Shown here piece by piece: positions 8,121 through 11,939 of a stretch of DNA of 11,939 bases. Location: the NCBI GenBank assembly GCA_963771175.1, contig CAVYSY010000055.1, positions 1 through 11,939 of the forward strand, given 5' to 3'. The DNA comes from an uncultured delta proteobacterium. Lineage in GTDB: Bacteria > Myxococcota > Myxococcia > Myxococcales > Myxococcaceae. The translations under genes and the position numbers were made by a program. Each line of letters starts with the position of its first letter. The stretch's first letter is position 1. Below the pieces are notes generated by a model. It saw only the letters and a list, made by a program, of their open reading frames with translations, had not been told where the DNA came from and did no database searches.

Positions 8121-9632
8121 GTAGCCCTCGCTCCCGGTGGCGCCTTCCAGCTTGCCTGAAGATGGCGCAGGGGAGCGAAGGTGGAGGGCGCGTCGGCAGG
8201 ACATTAGAGGTCATGCAGGAGAAGCTGATGGGAGAGGTGGGCTGTTGGAACTGGGGCCAGCAGCGCCTCGGCCCGACAGGAGGCCCGCCATGGTGCTGCC
8301 CGACATGTTCCTGCAACTCGTCCTGCAAATGGGCGCCAGCATGACGACGCCGACGCTCAACTCGTTGGCGACGGTGGTGAAGGGGTGGCTGTTCGCCGGG
8401 AGGCATACCCTCACCGGGGTGCTGGTAGCGGTAGGGGGCAGCGGCCCCAAGCACCATTCGGCGTACTACCGGCTGTTCGCCGCGGCCCGCTGGAGCCTGG
8501 ACGCGTTGGGCCTGGCGCTCTTCCACCTCATTGTGCCCCTGCTGGAGCCGGGCCCCGTGCCGCTCACCCTCGATGACACCCTGGCTCGCAAACGCGGGCT
8601 GAAGGTGTTCGGCGCTGGCATGCACCATGACCCTCTGGCCAGCAGCCGCAAGTACGCGGTGACGAGCTGGGGCCATTCCTGGGTGGTGCTGGCCGTGCGC
8701 GTGCAACTGCCCTGCGTCCCGGGCCGCTTCTTCAGCCTGCCCATTCTCTTCCGGCTCTACCTCAACCAGAAGGCCGCCGCTCGCTGGCGCGTGGCGTACC
8801 GCACCCGGCCCGAGCTGGGCCTCGCGCTGCTGGAGTTCCTGTGCGAGAGCTGCCCCGAGCGACGCTTCCACGCGTACGCCGACTCCGCCTACGGCGGGCA
8901 GAGCGTGCTGGCCTGGCTGCCGGCCAATTGCGACCTCACCAGCCGCCTGCCTCTGGACGCGCGCCTGTATGCACCGCCTCCCGAGCGCCGCCCCGGCACT
9001 CGCGGCCGACCTCGCAAGCGAGGAGTACGTCTGCCCTCGCCGCAACAGATGCTCGAGCAGCAACAGGCACGCCGCCTGACCCTGCAACTCTATGGACGCC
9101 AGGACAAGGTGCGCCTGGTGGAAGCCGTGGCCCATTGGTACGCCGTGCCCCAGCGTCCTCTCAAGGTGGTGGCCGTCGAGCCCCTGACGGGAGGTCGCCC
9201 CGTGCAAGCCTTCTACTCCACCGCGACCGAGACGCCCGCCGAGGAGGTGCTGGGTGGATACGCGGGGCGCTGGTCCATAGAAGAAGCCTTCCAGGGCAGC
9301 AAGAGCCACCTGGGCTTCGAGGAGCCGCAAGGCTGGAGCCGCCAGGCCGCGCGGCGTACCGCTCCACTGGCCATGCTCCTCTACAGCCTCACGGTGCTGT
9401 GGTTCGCCAAGGAGGGGCACGCCCTCTACTCGCCTCCCTTCCGACCCTGGTACCGGCACAAGGTACGTCCCTCCTTCGCCGACATGCTCACCACCCTGCG
9501 CTACGCCTGCCTCCAGGCCGCGATTTCCGCGAACCCACATGGCAAACGGGGTCGACAAAACCTCCTCCTCCTCCTGCCCGGCTCCTTGCAGACAGCGGCT
9601 TGACCGCCGCTATAAACTGCGAAACTCGAACT
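8058..9632 (+). mobile_element. Complete insertion sequence, IS701-like (about 1575 bp)
   Basis: Perfect 19-bp terminal inverted repeats AGTTCGAGTTTCGCAGTTT (8058-8076) and AAACTGCGAAACTCGAACT (9614-9632), extending inward to 24/27 matches, enclosing one transposase ORF. Exact ends could differ by 1-2 nt. Confidence 0.92.
8290..9603 (+). CDS. DDE transposase, IS701-like (437 aa)
   Basis: AGGAGG RBS at 8278-8283 before ATG 8290. Motifs LTLDDTLARKRG, WGHSWV, YADSAYG, RGRPRKRG and YAGRWSIEEAFQGSKSHLGFE. Frame intact. Confidence 0.92.
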   Translation: MVLPDMFLQLVLQMGASMTTPTLNSLATVVKGWLFAGRHTLTGVLVAVGGSGPKHHSAYYRLFAAARWSLDALGLALFHLIVPLLEPGPVPLTLDDTLARKRGLKVFGAGMHHDPLASSRKYAVTSWGHSWVVLAVRVQLPCVPGRFFSLPILFRLYLNQKAAARWRVAYRTRPELGLALLEFLCESCPERRFHAYADSAYGGQSVLAWLPANCDLTSRLPLDARLYAPPPERRPGTRGRPRKRGVRLPSPQQMLEQQQARRLTLQLYGRQDKVRLVEAVAHWYAVPQRPLKVVAVEPLTGGRPVQAFYSTATETPAEEVLGGYAGRWSIEEAFQGSKSHLGFEEPQGWSRQAARRTAPLAMLLYSLTVLWFAKEGHALYSPPFRPWYRHKVRPSFADMLTTLRYACLQAAISANPHGKRGRQNLLLLLPGSLQTAA

Positions 9633-9634
9633 TA

Positions 9635-9814
9635 GAACTCGAATCAAAAATGGCAACCAGGGCAGGCATGTGTCATGACCTGCCTGTCCAGCTTCCAGGA
9701 ATGAACCTTGGAAAGTAAGGGGGATGCTTACTACGCCTCTGGTGAGCATCTTCGCGCGACATGAAGCGCGAACTGGTCCCGGACGAGTTGTGGAAGCGGG
9801 TAGCTCCACTCCTG
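9635..9814 (+). mobile_element. Left-end remnant of an IS5-family element with a truncated transposase
   Basis: ATG 9761 gives MKRELVPDELWKRVAPLL, the typical IS5/IS427-type N-terminus (L-D--W-R--PLLP). Similarity then ends and the frame stops at 9874. GAACTCGAATCAAAA after TA at 9633-9634 looks like an IS5-type end (inference). Confidence 0.65.
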
Positions 9815-10030
9815 GGCAAGCCCACGTTCCGCAAGAACGATCTGGTCAGCATCAGTCCCGCGGGCCGTTCCTGATCATTCCTTGCTCGCCGACTCTGGCG
9901 GGCATCCGCGCATGTACCGGGGGAAGAAGCTCATCTGGAGCTCGGAGAACGCACGGGCGGTGACGTTCTGGCCAAAGTGAGGAGGCGCCCCCTGGGCGAG
10001 GCCACGGATTCACATCTGTGGCCTCCACGG

Positions 10031-10975
10031 TCACATCAAAAACAAGACGGGCCGCCTCCCAAGAGTCGTGCGGAAGTAGAGGCGATTCCTTGAGGTATGC
10101 CCGCGTCCTGCGTCCCAGCTCGAGGGGTGACCAAAATCCGCGATGCCACTCGCCGTCGCCCCGAAAACGGCTGATTTGACCGTCATGGCCCCGCCGCTCA
10201 GATTCGGGGACTTGTTCAGGATGTCGTACCCCGAGTAGCGAGCCACGTTCATGCAGGCCCTTCGCGAAGAGACGGCGTCCATCGCGGAGCCGGTGTTGAT
10301 ACGGTCTGAGTGATCACCTGGATTGATGGTGCTGCTCGAGTCGGGAATATTTCAGCCAGACATACGAGGCACCCGAGCCCGCCAGCTCTGCAGAACAATC
10401 GACTCGAGAGTCGTCACCAGGTCGTTCCAGTCGCTGTACGTCGTGGAGCCGTCGATCGCCGCGAGCGACGCCACACCGAGCCGCAACTTCGAGAGAGAGC
10501 CAGAACCAGAACTCGCGAACCCACTTCCATCGAAGCCGCCATCCGGCAACCGCAGGAAATACGACGCCGTGTTCTTGTATCTATATCGCAGCACGGCATG
10601 ACCATTCACTGTCACCGCACCCAGGACCGGGGTCTCGGTACTAGTATCGACGTTGGCCATGAACCTGACGGCGCGCTGGGCGCCCTCTTCGCGAGCGATG
10701 TAATACGGCGAATTGGCGGGCCCCGTGCCGAAATCCCCGTTACCAGCGGTCAAGTGGACGAACACCACTTTCGCGCCTGGGGCTACCACATCGTCGTAGG
10801 CGTTAGGCGTCATGAGCAACTGCCAATCATCCTCATGGGCAACCACATAGAATGTTGCCGCGCTATAGGACTGGGCCAACGCAGGCCTGTATCCAAAGAG
10901 CGCAAGAATCAGGAAAAGAGGCAGGGTGATGAGTTGGAACGCCCTGCCCCAGTTCAACAGCTGTTTGTTTGTCAT
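10031..10975 (-). pseudogene. Secreted PIG-L/LmbE-family deacetylase, interrupted
   Basis: GGAGGA RBS, signal peptide ending ALA-QS, motifs YVVAHEDDWQL, VFVHLTAG, AREEG and FLRLPDG. TGA at 10352-10354 is explained by a missing base near 10388-10391 plus an extra A near 10350-10352. The same frame resumes NIPD...NPGDHSDR (expected DHxDH) through the 10031..10282 ORF. Confidence 0.8.
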
Positions 10976-11165
10976 AGTATCCTCCCAAGTGAGCTACCTA
11001 CGCGACTGCGGCGGAGTTAGCCAGAGGGCAGATAATGCATAGCAGGCGCATAGGCGGAATAGAGGCCGTGTTGCGGGTGAGGGCTGGAGCGGAGGGGCCG
11101 AGGAGGGCCGCTGACACGGGCCGCCTGAGCAGTGCGCCCGGTCGGTGGAGAGGCCGCGCAGCCCC

Positions 11166-11939
11166 TTGCGGCGGTTCGACACCATCGCGATGCTCGCCAC
11201 GTATGCCCTGGCCTCTCCCCTCATCAAGCCCGGGGTGGCTCAGCACACGGTGGGGTCACTCCTCGTCACTCGCGAGGGGGAGGTGCTGAGCTGGGGCGTC
11301 GACTTCTCCACCGTGCTCCACGCGGAGGTGAGCAACATCAAGCTGCTCGCCGCGAGGGGTGAGGCAGCCCTGGCTGAAACCGACTGCCGCCTCTACACCT
11401 CGCTCGAGCCGAGCGTCATGTGCTCCGGGCTCCTCTCCGATTACGGCCGGAACCTGAACCTCACCGGCCTCTTCGGCCAATGGGATCCCTCCGTTCACAA
11501 GATGTTCATGGGGAATGCGTCCACCACGAGCACCGACGACACGATGCTCAAGAAACACCCCACGGTCGAGGAGCTGGTATTCGACATCCCCTATGGCTCC
11601 GCCGGGAAGCGGTTCGCCACGGTGCTCGATGACAAGCGCAAGCAGTTCGGCGCGCAGAGTGTGACGATCGTCCAGCACCTCAAGACAGCCGAGCTGGAGG
11701 AGGAGCAGCGGAAGGTCCTCTCCGGGCTCGCCAAGGCGAGCGAGGACAAGGAAAAGTCGGCGACGAAGGCGGTGCTGGACGAAGCGTTCAGCCGGAGGTT
11801 CGTCAAGGCGTACCTCCAGCTCATCCGCATGGCGGGCGAGCTGACGAAGGAGACGACGAACGTCGACATGAGCCTCGCCGAGATGGCGAGGGAGTGCATC
11901 GTCCTCATTGCCACCATTGACGGAAAGACTCCCGTGGTG
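11166..11939 (+). CDS. Zn-dependent nucleoside or nucleic-acid deaminase-fold protein (Bd3614-like), 3' end outside the window, start uncertain
   Basis: The frame is open from 11115 to the window end. Possible starts are GTG 11145, TTG 11166 and ATG 11190. Translation: LRRFDTIAMLATYALA...HTVGSLLVTREGEVLSWGVD...TVLHAEVSNI (HAE 11319-11327)...RLYTSLEPSVMCSGLL (11406-11423)...FGQWDP, followed by about 150 aa of charged helical sequence. High GC3. Confidence 0.8.
   Translation, partial: MRRFDTIAMLATYALASPLIKPGVAQHTVGSLLVTREGEVLSWGVDFSTVLHAEVSNIKLLAARGEAALAETDCRLYTSLEPSVMCSGLLSDYGRNLNLTGLFGQWDPSVHKMFMGNASTTSTDDTMLKKHPTVEELVFDIPYGSAGKRFATVLDDKRKQFGAQSVTIVQHLKTAELEEEQRKVLSGLAKASEDKEKSATKAVLDEAFSRRFVKAYLQLIRMAGELTKETTNVDMSLAEMARECIVLIATIDGKTPVV

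Noticed and set aside
8137..8289. Longer transposase start at GTG 8137
   Set aside because: The strong AGGAGG RBS precedes ATG 8290, and the upstream extension looks non-coding.
7957..9558. 533-aa minus-strand ORF
   Set aside because: Antisense shadow of the transposase that crosses the IS boundary and shows no motifs.
10352..10354. Selenocysteine or stop read-through TGA in the PIG-L gene
   Set aside because: The residues before the TGA are better explained as an out-of-frame patch between two compensating indels.
11256..11917. Minus-strand ORFs 11256..11678 and 11591..11917
   Set aside because: Antisense shadows of the plus-strand deaminase-like frame, which has the motifs and the GC3 bias.

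Overview
GC-rich window whose gene content and codon style suggest a myxobacterium (inference). Core-like genes: a frameshifted aldo/keto reductase (280-1306), a 394-aa helical hypothetical protein, three small proteins, an AEC-family transporter preceded by a LysR C-terminal remnant, an MFS transporter and yjdM/phnA. There are two lower-GC accessory segments. The first (about 1307-2990) holds a coupled small putative lipoprotein and a membrane-anchored protein with 32 Cys in 8 four-Cys modules, a possible DUF692/MNIO fragment and a doubled perfect palindrome. The second (8058 to the end) holds a complete IS701-like element at the yjdM stop with no target duplication, an abutting IS5 remnant, a broken secreted PIG-L-like deacetylase and a divergent ORF missing from the ORF track because it runs off the window. 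That ORF encodes a Zn-dependent deaminase-fold protein resembling the Bd3614-like clade (HAE...PSxxC) with a helical C-terminal extension. Several single-base indels suggest uncorrected sequencing errors, so pseudogene calls are tentative. All family assignments come from motif recognition by eye, not database searches.
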